Source of the DNA: Shigella phage ESh25
Sequence record: ON528735
DNA: 64,000 bases
Direction: 5' to 3' (one strand)
Below are positions 49,583 through 64,000 of the stretch, one piece after another. The translations under genes and the position numbers were made by a program. The notes under the pieces were generated by a model, which was not told where the DNA came from, made no database searches, and saw only the letters and a program-made list of their open reading frames with translations. Position 1 is the first letter of the stretch. Every line of letters starts with the position of its first letter.

Positions 49583-51040
49583 ATGATTGAATTAAAAGAG
49601 TTACCTTTTGTTGATAACGTTCCTGGCGAAGGCCAGGAGCGTATTTCATGGATTAAAAATGGTGAAGAAATATTAGGAGCTAGTACTAAGTATGGAAACG
49701 ATGGATCAATGAATAGACCAACTGTTTCCGTGTTTAAAAATGTTGAGGTTCTTGACGAAAATATAGGAATTCTTAAAACAGCATTAGAAACATCCCAGGA
49801 AGATATTAAAACCATTCAGGGTATCTTAGATGTATCTGGTGATATAGAAGCTTTATCGCAAATAAGTATCAATAAAAAGGATATCACTGATCTTAAAACG
49901 CTTACGAGTGAACATACCGAAATATTAAATGGAACTAATAATACTGTCGATAGCATTCTTGCTGACATTGGTCCATTTAATTCGCAAGCAAATTCAGTTT
50001 ATAGAACGATTAGAAATGATTTGTTATGGATTAAAAGGGAATTAGGACAATATGCTGGGCAAGACATTAACGGTCTTCCTGTTGTAGGAAATAGCAGCAC
50101 GGGTATGAAGCACCGTATCATTAATAATACAGATGCTATAACTTCCCAAGGAATACGCCTAAGTGATTTGGAAGAAAAATTTATTGAATCTGATGTAGGT
50201 TCACTGACAATTGAAGTCGGAAATCTTAGACAAGAGCTTGGACAAAGACCGTCTTCATTCAGTGAAAGCATATATTCACGTGTTCATAATTTAGATCAAT
50301 CGCAGATTAATCTTAGTTCCGAAATTAAATCTATCAAAACTTCTATTGGATATCCAGGAAATACTTCAATAATCACAGATGTTAACACTAATACCCAAGA
50401 AATTTCAGCTTTAAATGATGAACTAAATAAAAGCGGAGGTGTTAAACAGCGATTAACTGTCATTGAAACATCAATTGGCTCAGATGATATTCCTTCTAGT
50501 ATTAAAGGTCAAATTAAAGATAATACTACCTCTATTGAGTCTTTAAATGGAATTGTAGGTGAAAACACCTCGTCTGGTTTAAGAGCTAATGTTTCGTGGT
50601 TAAACCAAATTGTTGGAACTGATTCTAGCGGTGGACAACCTTCTCCTCCTGGGTCTCTTTTAAATAGAATTTCAACAGTTGAAACTTCCGTTAATAGATT
50701 GAACAATGATGTTCAAAACTTACAAGTTGAAATTGGTAATAACAATTCCGGAATTAAAGGACAAGTTGTAGCATTAAATAAATTAGTAAATGGAACAAAT
50801 CCAAATGGCTCAACTGTCGAAGAACGCGGATTGACTAATTCAATAAAAGCTAATGAGACTAACATTGCTTCAATTAATCAAGAGATTCGTAGCATTAAAA
50901 GCGATGTATCTTCATTACAAAGGGATGTTCAGACTTTACAGGAAGCAGGTTATATCCCTGAAGCTCCAAAAGATGGCCAAGCTTACGTTCGTAAAGACGG
51001 CGAATGGGTACTACTTTCTACCTTTTTATCACCAGCATAA
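49583..51040 (+). CDS. wac: fibritin (whisker antigen control)
   Basis: 485 aa; coiled-coil heptads and C-terminal foldon ([27 protein letters not shown]). Confidence 0.95.
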   Translation: MIELKELPFVDNVPGEGQERISWIKNGEEILGASTKYGNDGSMNRPTVSVFKNVEVLDENIGILKTALETSQEDIKTIQGILDVSGDIEALSQISINKKDITDLKTLTSEHTEILNGTNNTVDSILADIGPFNSQANSVYRTIRNDLLWIKRELGQYAGQDINGLPVVGNSSTGMKHRIINNTDAITSQGIRLSDLEEKFIESDVGSLTIEVGNLRQELGQRPSSFSESIYSRVHNLDQSQINLSSEIKSIKTSIGYPGNTSIITDVNTNTQEISALNDELNKSGGVKQRLTVIETSIGSDDIPSSIKGQIKDNTTSIESLNGIVGENTSSGLRANVSWLNQIVGTDSSGGQPSPPGSLLNRISTVETSVNRLNNDVQNLQVEIGNNNSGIKGQVVALNKLVNGTNPNGSTVEERGLTNSIKANETNIASINQEIRSIKSDVSSLQRDVQTLQEAGYIPEAPKDGQAYVRKDGEWVLLSTFLSPA

Positions 51041-51043
51041 CAT

Positions 51044-51070
51044 GGGGCCGCAAGGCCCCAAAGGATTTTT
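51044..51070 (+). terminator. hairpin terminator after wac (GGGGCCGCAAGGCCCC)
   Basis: GC hairpin followed by a T-containing tract. Confidence 0.5.
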
Positions 51071-51072
51071 AA

Positions 51073-52774
<1,702 letters not shown>

Positions 52775-52815
52775 TAAATATTATAAACTAATTAAAGCCC
52801 AGATTAGGAGAAATC

Positions 52816-55953
<3,138 letters not shown>

Positions 55954-55984
55954 ATATATTAAAGCATATTAAAGAGGATTAAAA

Positions 55985-57964
55985 ATGACTTTATTATCTC
56001 CGGGCATTGAGCTCAAAGAAACTACGGTTCAAAGCACCGTGGTTAATAACTCTACTGGTACAGCAGCTTTGGCCGGTAAATTCCAGTGGGGTCCTGCTTT
56101 TCAGATTAAACAGGTTACAAATGAAGTAGATTTAGTTAATACTTTTGGTCAACCAACCGCTGAAACTGCTGACTATTTTATGTCTGCGATGAATTTCTTA
56201 CAGTACGGAAATGACTTACGAGTAGTTCGTGCTGTTGATAGAGATACCGCTAAAAACTCATCTCCGATTGCTGGTAATATTGAATACACAATTTCTACCC
56301 CAGGTAGTAACTATGCAGTTGGAGATAAAATCACGGTCAAATATGTTTCAGATGATATTGAAACTGAAGGTAAAATTACTGAAGTAGACGCAGATGGAAA
56401 AATTAAGAAAATTAATATTCCTACTGCAAAAATTATCGCTAAAGCTAAAGAAGTCGGTGAATATCCGGAATTAGGTTCTAACTGGACTGCGGAAATTTCT
56501 TCGTCTTCCTCTGGTTTAGCTGCAGTAATAACTCTTGGAAAAATTATTACTGATTCTGGTATTTTATTAGCTGAAATTGAAAATGCTGAAGCTGCTATGA
56601 CAGCGGTTGACTTTCAAGCAAATCTCGAAAAATACGGAATTCCAGGAGTAGTAGCTCTTTATCCAGGCGAATTAGGCGATAAAATTGAAATTGAAATTGT
56701 ATCTAAAGCTGACTATGCAAAAGGAGCTTCTGCATTACTCCCAATTTATCCAGGTGGTGGTACTCGTGCATCTACTGCTAAAGCAGTGTTTGGATATGGA
56801 CCACAAACTGATTCACAGTACGCTATTATAGTTCGTCGTAATGATGCTATTGTTCAAAGTGTTGTTCTTTCAACTAAGCGTGGTGAAAAAGATATTTACG
56901 ATAGTAACATCTATATCGATGACTTTTTCGCAAAAGGTGGTTCAGAATATATTTTTGCAACTGCACAAAACTGGCCAGAAGGCTTCTCTGGAATTTTAAC
57001 TCTTTCTGGTGGATTATCATCAAATGCTGAAGTAACAGCAGGAGATTTGATGGAAGCTTGGGACTTCTTTGCTGACCGTGAATCTGTAGATGTTCAACTG
57101 TTTATTGCGGGTTCTTGTGCCGGTGAATCTTTAGAAACAGCATCTACTGTCCAAAAACACGTCGTTTCAATTGGGGATGCTCGTCAAGATTGCTTAGTAT
57201 TGTGCTCACCACCACGTGAAACTGTAGTTGGAATTCCTGTAACTCGCGCTGTTGATAACTTAGTCAATTGGAGAACCGCAACAGGTTCATACACTGATAA
57301 TAACTTTAATATCAGTTCAACCTACGCAGCAATTGATGGTAACTATAAGTATCAGTATGACAAATATAATGATGTGAATCGTTGGGTTCCATTAGCAGCT
57401 GATATTGCTGGTTTATGCGCAAGAACTGATAACGTTTCTCATACTTGGATGTCTCCAGCTGGTTATAATCGTGGCCAAATTTTGAACGTTATTAAACTGG
57501 CTATTGAAACTCGCCAAGCTCAGCGCGACCGTTTATACCAAGAAGCTATTAACCCGGTAACTGGCACAGGTGGCGATGGTTACGTATTGTATGGTGATAA
57601 AACAGCTACTTCTGTTCCTTCTCCGTTTGATCGTATTAACGTTCGTCGTCTGTTTAATATGTTGAAAACTAATATCGGACGTAGTTCAAAATATCGTTTG
57701 TTCGAATTAAACAACGCGTTTACTCGTTCATCATTCCGCACAGAAACTGCCCAGTACTTACAGGGAATTAAAGCTCTCGGTGGAATTTATGAATATCGTG
57801 TAGTTTGCGATACAACAAATAACACTCCGTCAGTAATTGATAGAAATGAGTTTGTTGCAACATTCTACATCCAACCGGCTCGTAGTATAAATTATATCCA
57901 ACTTAATTTCGTCGCAACTGCTACTGGTGCAGATTTTGATGAGTTAACTGGTCTTGCAGGTTAA
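55985..57964 (+). CDS. 18: gp18, tail sheath protein
   Basis: 659 aa; T4 gene order and size. Confidence 0.97.
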   Translation: MTLLSPGIELKETTVQSTVVNNSTGTAALAGKFQWGPAFQIKQVTNEVDLVNTFGQPTAETADYFMSAMNFLQYGNDLRVVRAVDRDTAKNSSPIAGNIEYTISTPGSNYAVGDKITVKYVSDDIETEGKITEVDADGKIKKINIPTAKIIAKAKEVGEYPELGSNWTAEISSSSSGLAAVITLGKIITDSGILLAEIENAEAAMTAVDFQANLEKYGIPGVVALYPGELGDKIEIEIVSKADYAKGASALLPIYPGGGTRASTAKAVFGYGPQTDSQYAIIVRRNDAIVQSVVLSTKRGEKDIYDSNIYIDDFFAKGGSEYIFATAQNWPEGFSGILTLSGGLSSNAEVTAGDLMEAWDFFADRESVDVQLFIAGSCAGESLETASTVQKHVVSIGDARQDCLVLCSPPRETVVGIPVTRAVDNLVNWRTATGSYTDNNFNISSTYAAIDGNYKYQYDKYNDVNRWVPLAADIAGLCARTDNVSHTWMSPAGYNRGQILNVIKLAIETRQAQRDRLYQEAINPVTGTGGDGYVLYGDKTATSVPSPFDRINVRRLFNMLKTNIGRSSKYRLFELNNAFTRSSFRTETAQYLQGIKALGGIYEYRVVCDTTNNTPSVIDRNEFVATFYIQPARSINYIQLNFVATATGADFDELTGLAG

Positions 57965-57970
57965 TTGATT

Positions 57971-58609
57971 ATGGGGCTTCGGCCCCTATTCTCGAGGAAA
58001 CAAGTGATTATTTCTAAGTTTGTTACAATAAAACCAAGAAATCATTCAAAAATGTGGTCGACAATTCTGGGATATAAAGTATCATATCATGATACAGTAT
58101 CTGTTCCAATAGAATTAATGCCAAAGAATAGTAATAAAATAGTTGACGCTAAATGTGATTTGTGTGGTACTAAATTTAGTAGAAGCATTCAACTTTTAAA
58201 TAGAACACCCACACATGCGTGTAGAAAATGTAGCATTAAACAAGTTGCTATTAAAAATTCGGAAGTTCAATCTGGAATAAGCAGACCATGGCAAAGAGGT
58301 GATAAACATCCTCGATGGACTGGCAAAAGAAAAGAGTTTGCATTATATGCTAGTAGAGTTCATTCTATAACTAAGTCAGCTAAAATAAGAAAAATCTGGT
58401 CAAAATGGCCAAATGCTGATAAAATAGGAGTGTGTGGCGTAGAAGGTGCTTACCAACTCGATCATAAAGTATCTATCAAATATGGATTTGATAATTTAAT
58501 TCCGCCGGAAATTATAGCAAGCGTAAAAAATTTAGAAATAATCACTTGGGAATCTAACCGAGAAAAGTCAAAAAGAAATAGCGTAGATCTTTGGGATTTA
58601 CTAGAATGA
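57971..58609 (+). CDS. putative HNH-family homing endonuclease inserted between genes 18 and 19 (start uncertain, alternative ATG 58052)
   Basis: C-x2-C...C-x2-C zinc-finger cysteines plus HNH-like QLDHKVSIKYGF...N...W.SN motif; basic protein. Confidence 0.55.
   Translation: MGLRPLFSRKQVIISKFVTIKPRNHSKMWSTILGYKVSYHDTVSVPIELMPKNSNKIVDAKCDLCGTKFSRSIQLLNRTPTHACRKCSIKQVAIKNSEVQSGISRPWQRGDKHPRWTGKRKEFALYASRVHSITKSAKIRKIWSKWPNADKIGVCGVEGAYQLDHKVSIKYGFDNLIPPEIIASVKNLEIITWESNREKSKRNSVDLWDLLE
57973..57986 (+). terminator. GC tetraloop hairpin after gene 18 (GGGGC-TTCG-GCCCC)
   Basis: Perfect 5-bp GC stem with TTCG loop; same element in mRNA sense at 26820-26807 on minus strand. Confidence 0.45.
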
Positions 58610-58616
58610 TTCTAAA

Positions 58617-58634
58617 GGCCTGTTTCGGCAGGCC
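58617..58634 (+). terminator. hairpin (GGCCTG-TTTCG-GCAGGCC) after the HNH ORF
   Basis: 6-bp GC stem directly followed by a late promoter. Confidence 0.4.
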
Positions 58635-58635
58635 A

Positions 58636-58643
58636 TATAAATA
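58636..58643 (+). promoter_or_regulatory. T4 late promoter (TATAAATA), distal, for gene 19
   Basis: Exact TATAAATA. Confidence 0.55.
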
Positions 58644-58694
58644 CACTATATCCTTAATTCTTTAATTCTATATGCCCTAGGTTAAACATAGGGA

Positions 58695-58702
58695 TATAAA
58701 TA
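58695..58702 (+). promoter_or_regulatory. T4 late promoter (TATAAATA), proximal, for gene 19
   Basis: Exact TATAAATA 14 nt upstream of the gene 19 ATG. Confidence 0.6.
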
Positions 58703-58716
58703 CTACAGAGGCTAAT

Positions 58717-59208
58717 ATGTTTGTAGATGATGTAACACGAGCGTTTGAATCTGGTGATTTTGCTCGACCTAACTTATTCCAAGTAGAAATTTCTTATCTT
58801 GGACAAAATTTTACGTTTCAATGTAAAGCCACTGCTTTACCAGCTGGTATTGTAGAAAAAATTCCAGTCGGTTTTATGAACCGTAAAATTAACGTAGCAG
58901 GTGATCGTACATTCGATGACTGGACTGTTACAGTAATGAACGATGAGGCACATGATGCTCGCCAGAAGTTCGTTGATTGGCAAAGCATTGCTGCGGGGCA
59001 AGGAAACGAAATTACTGGTGGAAAACCTGCAGAGTATAAAAAGAGCGCTATCGTTCGTCAATATGCTCGTGACGCTAAAACAGTAACAAAAGAAATTGAA
59101 ATTAAAGGTCTGTGGCCTACTAACGTGGGTGAACTTCAATTAGATTGGGATTCAAACAATGAAATCCAAACCTTTGAAGTAACTCTCGCTCTCGATTATT
59201 GGGAATAA
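58717..59208 (+). CDS. 19: gp19, tail tube protein
   Basis: 163 aa; T4 gene order and size. Confidence 0.97.
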   Translation: MFVDDVTRAFESGDFARPNLFQVEISYLGQNFTFQCKATALPAGIVEKIPVGFMNRKINVAGDRTFDDWTVTVMNDEAHDARQKFVDWQSIAAGQGNEITGGKPAEYKKSAIVRQYARDAKTVTKEIEIKGLWPTNVGELQLDWDSNNEIQTFEVTLALDYWE

Positions 59209-59240
59209 AATGAATGGGGAGAAATCCCCATCCTGCTTAA

Positions 59241-60865
<1,625 letters not shown>

Positions 60866-60866
<1 letters not shown>

Positions 60867-61111
60867 TGGAAGGTTTAATTGAAGCTATTAAATCAAACGA
60901 CCTCGTAGCCGCTCGTAAATTATTTGCTGAAGCCATGGCTGCAAGAACGATTGATTTAATTAAAGAAGAAAAAATCGCTATCGCTCGTAATTTCTTAATC
61001 GAAGGTGAAGAACCTGAAGACGAGGATGAAGATGAAGATGATGACGAAGATAGCGATGATAAAGACGACAAAAAAGACAAAGACTCTGACGAAGACGAGG
61101 ATGATGAATAA
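60866..61111 (+). CDS. 67: gp67, prohead core protein (acidic C-terminus)
   Basis: 81 aa with poly-Asp/Glu tail; T4 gene order. Confidence 0.9.
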
Positions 61112-61536
61112 TGCTTCTGATCCCTGAAACTCATGAATTAGTTCTCGAGAATGTCGAAGCACTTATTCCTGAAGCACAGGGTCGCTTTGACGAATTGTCT
61201 TCTGCTTTAAATAAAGACGATATAAATACAATTGTCGAGAATATGCTTGATGATGAAACTGATTTAGCGGTTGCATTAGCTTCTATTAATGAAAATATGC
61301 CGTTAAATGAATTTATCGTTAAACATGTTTCTGCCCGTGGTGAAATTACTCGCACTAAAGATCGCAAAACCCGCGAACGTAATGCATTTCAAACTACCGG
61401 GTTGTCTAAAGCAAAACGTAGACAAATTGCTCGTAAAGCTACCAAAACGAAGATTGCCAATCCAGCAGGTCAATCTCGTGCTCAGCGTAAGCGTAAAAAA
61501 GCTCTTAAACGCCGTAAAGCATTAGGATTAAGCTAA
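61111..61536 (+). CDS. 68: gp68, prohead core protein
   Basis: 141 aa; T4 gene order. Confidence 0.9.
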
Positions 61537-62174
61537 TGAATGAACCCCAATTACTAATTGAAACTTGGGGTCAACCTGGCGAAATTATTGATGGCGTACC
61601 AATGCTTGAATCTCATGATGGAAAAGACTTAGGTTTAAAACCGGGTTTATACATCGAAGGAATATTCATGCAAGCGGAAGTCGTCAATAGAAATAAACGT
61701 CTTTATCCAAAACGTATATTAGAAAAAGCGGTAAAAGACTATATTAATGAGCAAGTTTTAACTAAACAAGCTCTCGGAGAATTAAATCATCCTCCACGCG
61801 CTAATGTTGACCCGATGCAAGCCGCTATCATTATAGAAGATATGTGGTGGAAAGGAAATGACGTATACGGACGAGCTCGTGTTATTGAAGGTGACCACGG
61901 TCCTGGAGATAAATTAGCAGCTAATATTCGTGCCGGATGGATTCCAGGAGTTTCTTCTCGTGGATTAGGTTCATTGACTGACACAAATAAAGGTTATCGT
62001 ATCGTAAACGAAGGATTCAAATTAACTGTAGGTGTTGATGCAGTATGGGGTCCAAGTGCTCCAGATGCATGGGTAACTCCTAAGGAAATTACCGAATCAC
62101 AGACGGCGGAAGCCGATACAAGTGCCGATGACGCCTATATGGCTCTCGCAGAGGCCATGAAAAAAGCGTTATAA
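61536..62174 (+). CDS. 21: gp21, prohead core protease
   Basis: 212 aa; T4 gene order and size. Confidence 0.95.
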   Translation: MNEPQLLIETWGQPGEIIDGVPMLESHDGKDLGLKPGLYIEGIFMQAEVVNRNKRLYPKRILEKAVKDYINEQVLTKQALGELNHPPRANVDPMQAAIIIEDMWWKGNDVYGRARVIEGDHGPGDKLAANIRAGWIPGVSSRGLGSLTDTNKGYRIVNEGFKLTVGVDAVWGPSAPDAWVTPKEITESQTAEADTSADDAYMALAEAMKKAL

Positions 62175-62177
62175 ATA
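62170..62177 (+). promoter_or_regulatory. T4 late promoter (TATAAATA) for gene 22
   Basis: Exact TATAAATA overlapping the gene 21 stop codon. Confidence 0.55.
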
Positions 62178-62204
62178 TTATTATCTAAACAACAGGACTA
62201 CAAA

Positions 62205-63014
62205 ATGCTTAAAGAACAACTGATTGCCGAAGCGCAGAAAATTGATGCTTCCGTTGCTCTTGATAGTATTTTCGAATCAGTTAATATTTCTCCGGAAGCA
62301 AAAGAAACTTTCGGCACTGTATTCGAAGCTACCGTCAAGCAGCACGCCGTTAAATTAGCTGAATCTCATATCGCTAAAATTGCTGAAAAAGCAGAAGAAG
62401 AAGTAGAAAAAAATAAAGAAGAAGCAGAAGAAAAAGCTGAGAAGAAAATCGCTGAGCAAGCTTCTAAATTCCTTGACCATCTTGCAAAAGAATGGCTCAC
62501 TGAAAATAAATTAGCAGTTGATAAAGGCATCAAAGCCGAACTGTTTGAATCCATGCTTGGTGGATTAAAAGAGCTCTTTGTTGAACACAACGTTGTTGTT
62601 CCAGAAGAATCAGTTGATGTTGTAGCTGAAATGGAAGAAGAGCTGCAAGAACATAAAGAAGAATCAGCTCGTCTGTTCGAAGAACTCAATATGCGCGACG
62701 CATATATCAATTATGTGCAGCGTGAAGTGGCATTGAGCGAAAGTACTAAAGATCTGACTGAGTCTCAAAAAGAAAAAGTCTCTGCTCTGGTCGAAGGTAT
62801 GGATTATTCAGATGCATTCTCAAGTAAATTGAGTGCCATCGTAGAAATGGTGAAGAAGTCTAATAAAGATGAAAGCACTATTACTGAGAGTATAAATACT
62901 CCTGATACTGAAGCAGCCGGACTGAATTTCGTCACTGAAGCTGTAGAAGATAAAACTGCACCTGGTGCAGAAGATATTGTAAGTGTATATGCGAAAGTCG
63001 CATCTCGTTTCTAA
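62205..63014 (+). CDS. 22: gp22, prohead core scaffold protein
   Basis: 269 aa, acidic coiled-coil; T4 gene order. Confidence 0.95.
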   Translation: MLKEQLIAEAQKIDASVALDSIFESVNISPEAKETFGTVFEATVKQHAVKLAESHIAKIAEKAEEEVEKNKEEAEEKAEKKIAEQASKFLDHLAKEWLTENKLAVDKGIKAELFESMLGGLKELFVEHNVVVPEESVDVVAEMEEELQEHKEESARLFEELNMRDAYINYVQREVALSESTKDLTESQKEKVSALVEGMDYSDAFSSKLSAIVEMVKKSNKDESTITESINTPDTEAAGLNFVTEAVEDKTAPGAEDIVSVYAKVASRF

Positions 63015-63032
63015 TTTTAAAGGTTAACACAA

Positions 63033-64000
63033 ATGACTATCAAAACTAAAGCTGAACTTTTGAACAAATGGAAGCCATTACTGGAAGGTGAAGGTTTACC
63101 GGAAATTGCTAATAGCAAACAAGCGATTATCGCTAAAATCTTTGAAAACCAGGAAAAAGATTTCCAGACAGCTCCAGAGTACAAAGACGAAAAAATCGCC
63201 CAGGCATTTGGTTCTTTCTTAACAGAAGCTGAAATCGGTGGTGACCACGGTTACAACGCTACTAACATCGCTGCTGGTCAGACTTCTGGCGCAGTAACTC
63301 AGATTGGCCCAGCTGTTATGGGTATGGTACGTCGTGCTATTCCTAACCTGATTGCTTTCGATATTTGTGGTGTTCAGCCGATGAACAGCCCGACTGGCCA
63401 GGTATTCGCACTGCGCGCAGTATATGGTAAAGACCCAATCGCTTCCGGTGCTAAAGAAGCATTCCACCCAATGTATGGTCCAGATGCAATGTTCTCTGGT
63501 CAGGGTGCTGCTAAGAAATTCGCTGCTTTGAAAGCAAGTGATACTCTTGAAGTCGGAACTATTTACACTCACTTCTTCCAGGAAACTGGTACAGTATATC
63601 TGCAAGCTACAGCAGCTAAACAAATTGATTCAGGCGCATCTGACGCAGACAAATTAGATGCTGAAATTAAGAAACAAATGGAAGCTGGTGTACTGGTAGA
63701 AATCGCTGAAGGTATGGCTACTTCTATCGCTGAACTTCAGGAAGGTTTCAACGGTTCTACCGATAACCCATGGAATGAAATGGGCTTCCGTATCGATAAA
63801 CAAGTTATCGAAGCTAAATCTCGTCAGCTGAAAGCTGCTTACTCTATTGAATTAGCACAAGACCTCCGCGCTGTTCATGGTATGGATGCTGATGCTGAAC
63901 TGTCTGGTATTCTGGCTACAGAAATTATGCTGGAAATCAACCGCGAAGTTGTTGATTGGATTAACTACTCCGCTCAGGTTGGTAAATCTGGTATGACCCT
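63033..64000 (+). CDS. 23: gp23, major capsid protein (5' part; continues beyond window end)
   Basis: ATG at 63033; translation MTIKTKAELLNKWKPLLEGEG... matches recalled T4 gp23 N-terminus; no stop before window end. Confidence 0.97.
   Translation, partial: MTIKTKAELLNKWKPLLEGEGLPEIANSKQAIIAKIFENQEKDFQTAPEYKDEKIAQAFGSFLTEAEIGGDHGYNATNIAAGQTSGAVTQIGPAVMGMVRRAIPNLIAFDICGVQPMNSPTGQVFALRAVYGKDPIASGAKEAFHPMYGPDAMFSGQGAAKKFAALKASDTLEVGTIYTHFFQETGTVYLQATAAKQIDSGASDADKLDAEIKKQMEAGVLVEIAEGMATSIAELQEGFNGSTDNPWNEMGFRIDKQVIEAKSRQLKAAYSIELAQDLRAVHGMDADAELSGILATEIMLEINREVVDWINYSAQVGKSGMT

Overview
This window reads as a T4-like (Tevenvirinae) myovirus segment. The minus strand (1-35371) carries early/middle genes: a glutaredoxin-like gene, nrdG, an HNH homing endonuclease, intronless nrdD, gene 49, pin, nrdC plus 11 downstream ORFs, rI, tk, regB, a GrcA-like glycyl-radical cofactor, denV, lysozyme e, nudE plus 7 ORFs, a 9-tRNA array split by a GIY-YIG (segB-like) gene, 57B/57A, and genes 1, 3, 2, 4. 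The plus strand (35419-64000) carries late structural genes 53, 5, 5.1, 5.4, 6-12, wac, 13-19, 20, 67, 68, 21, 22 and the 5' part of 23. Gene names are assigned by recalled similarity to T4 proteins and by gene order; no database search was run. Early promoters (GTTTAC -35 / TATAAT-like -10) with a repeated leader, late promoters (TATAAATA) and GC hairpin terminators are visible. The most interesting departures from the T4 layout are: two small proteins with capsid-targeting-like N-termini sitting in repeat-flanked cassettes (candidate injected anti-restriction proteins), no genes between denV and e, homing endonucleases at nrdD/nrdG and between genes 18 and 19, tRNA-Tyr and tRNA-Asn in the array with no tRNA-Pro, and a tRNA-like RNA next to the array. 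No CRISPR array or integrase was seen.
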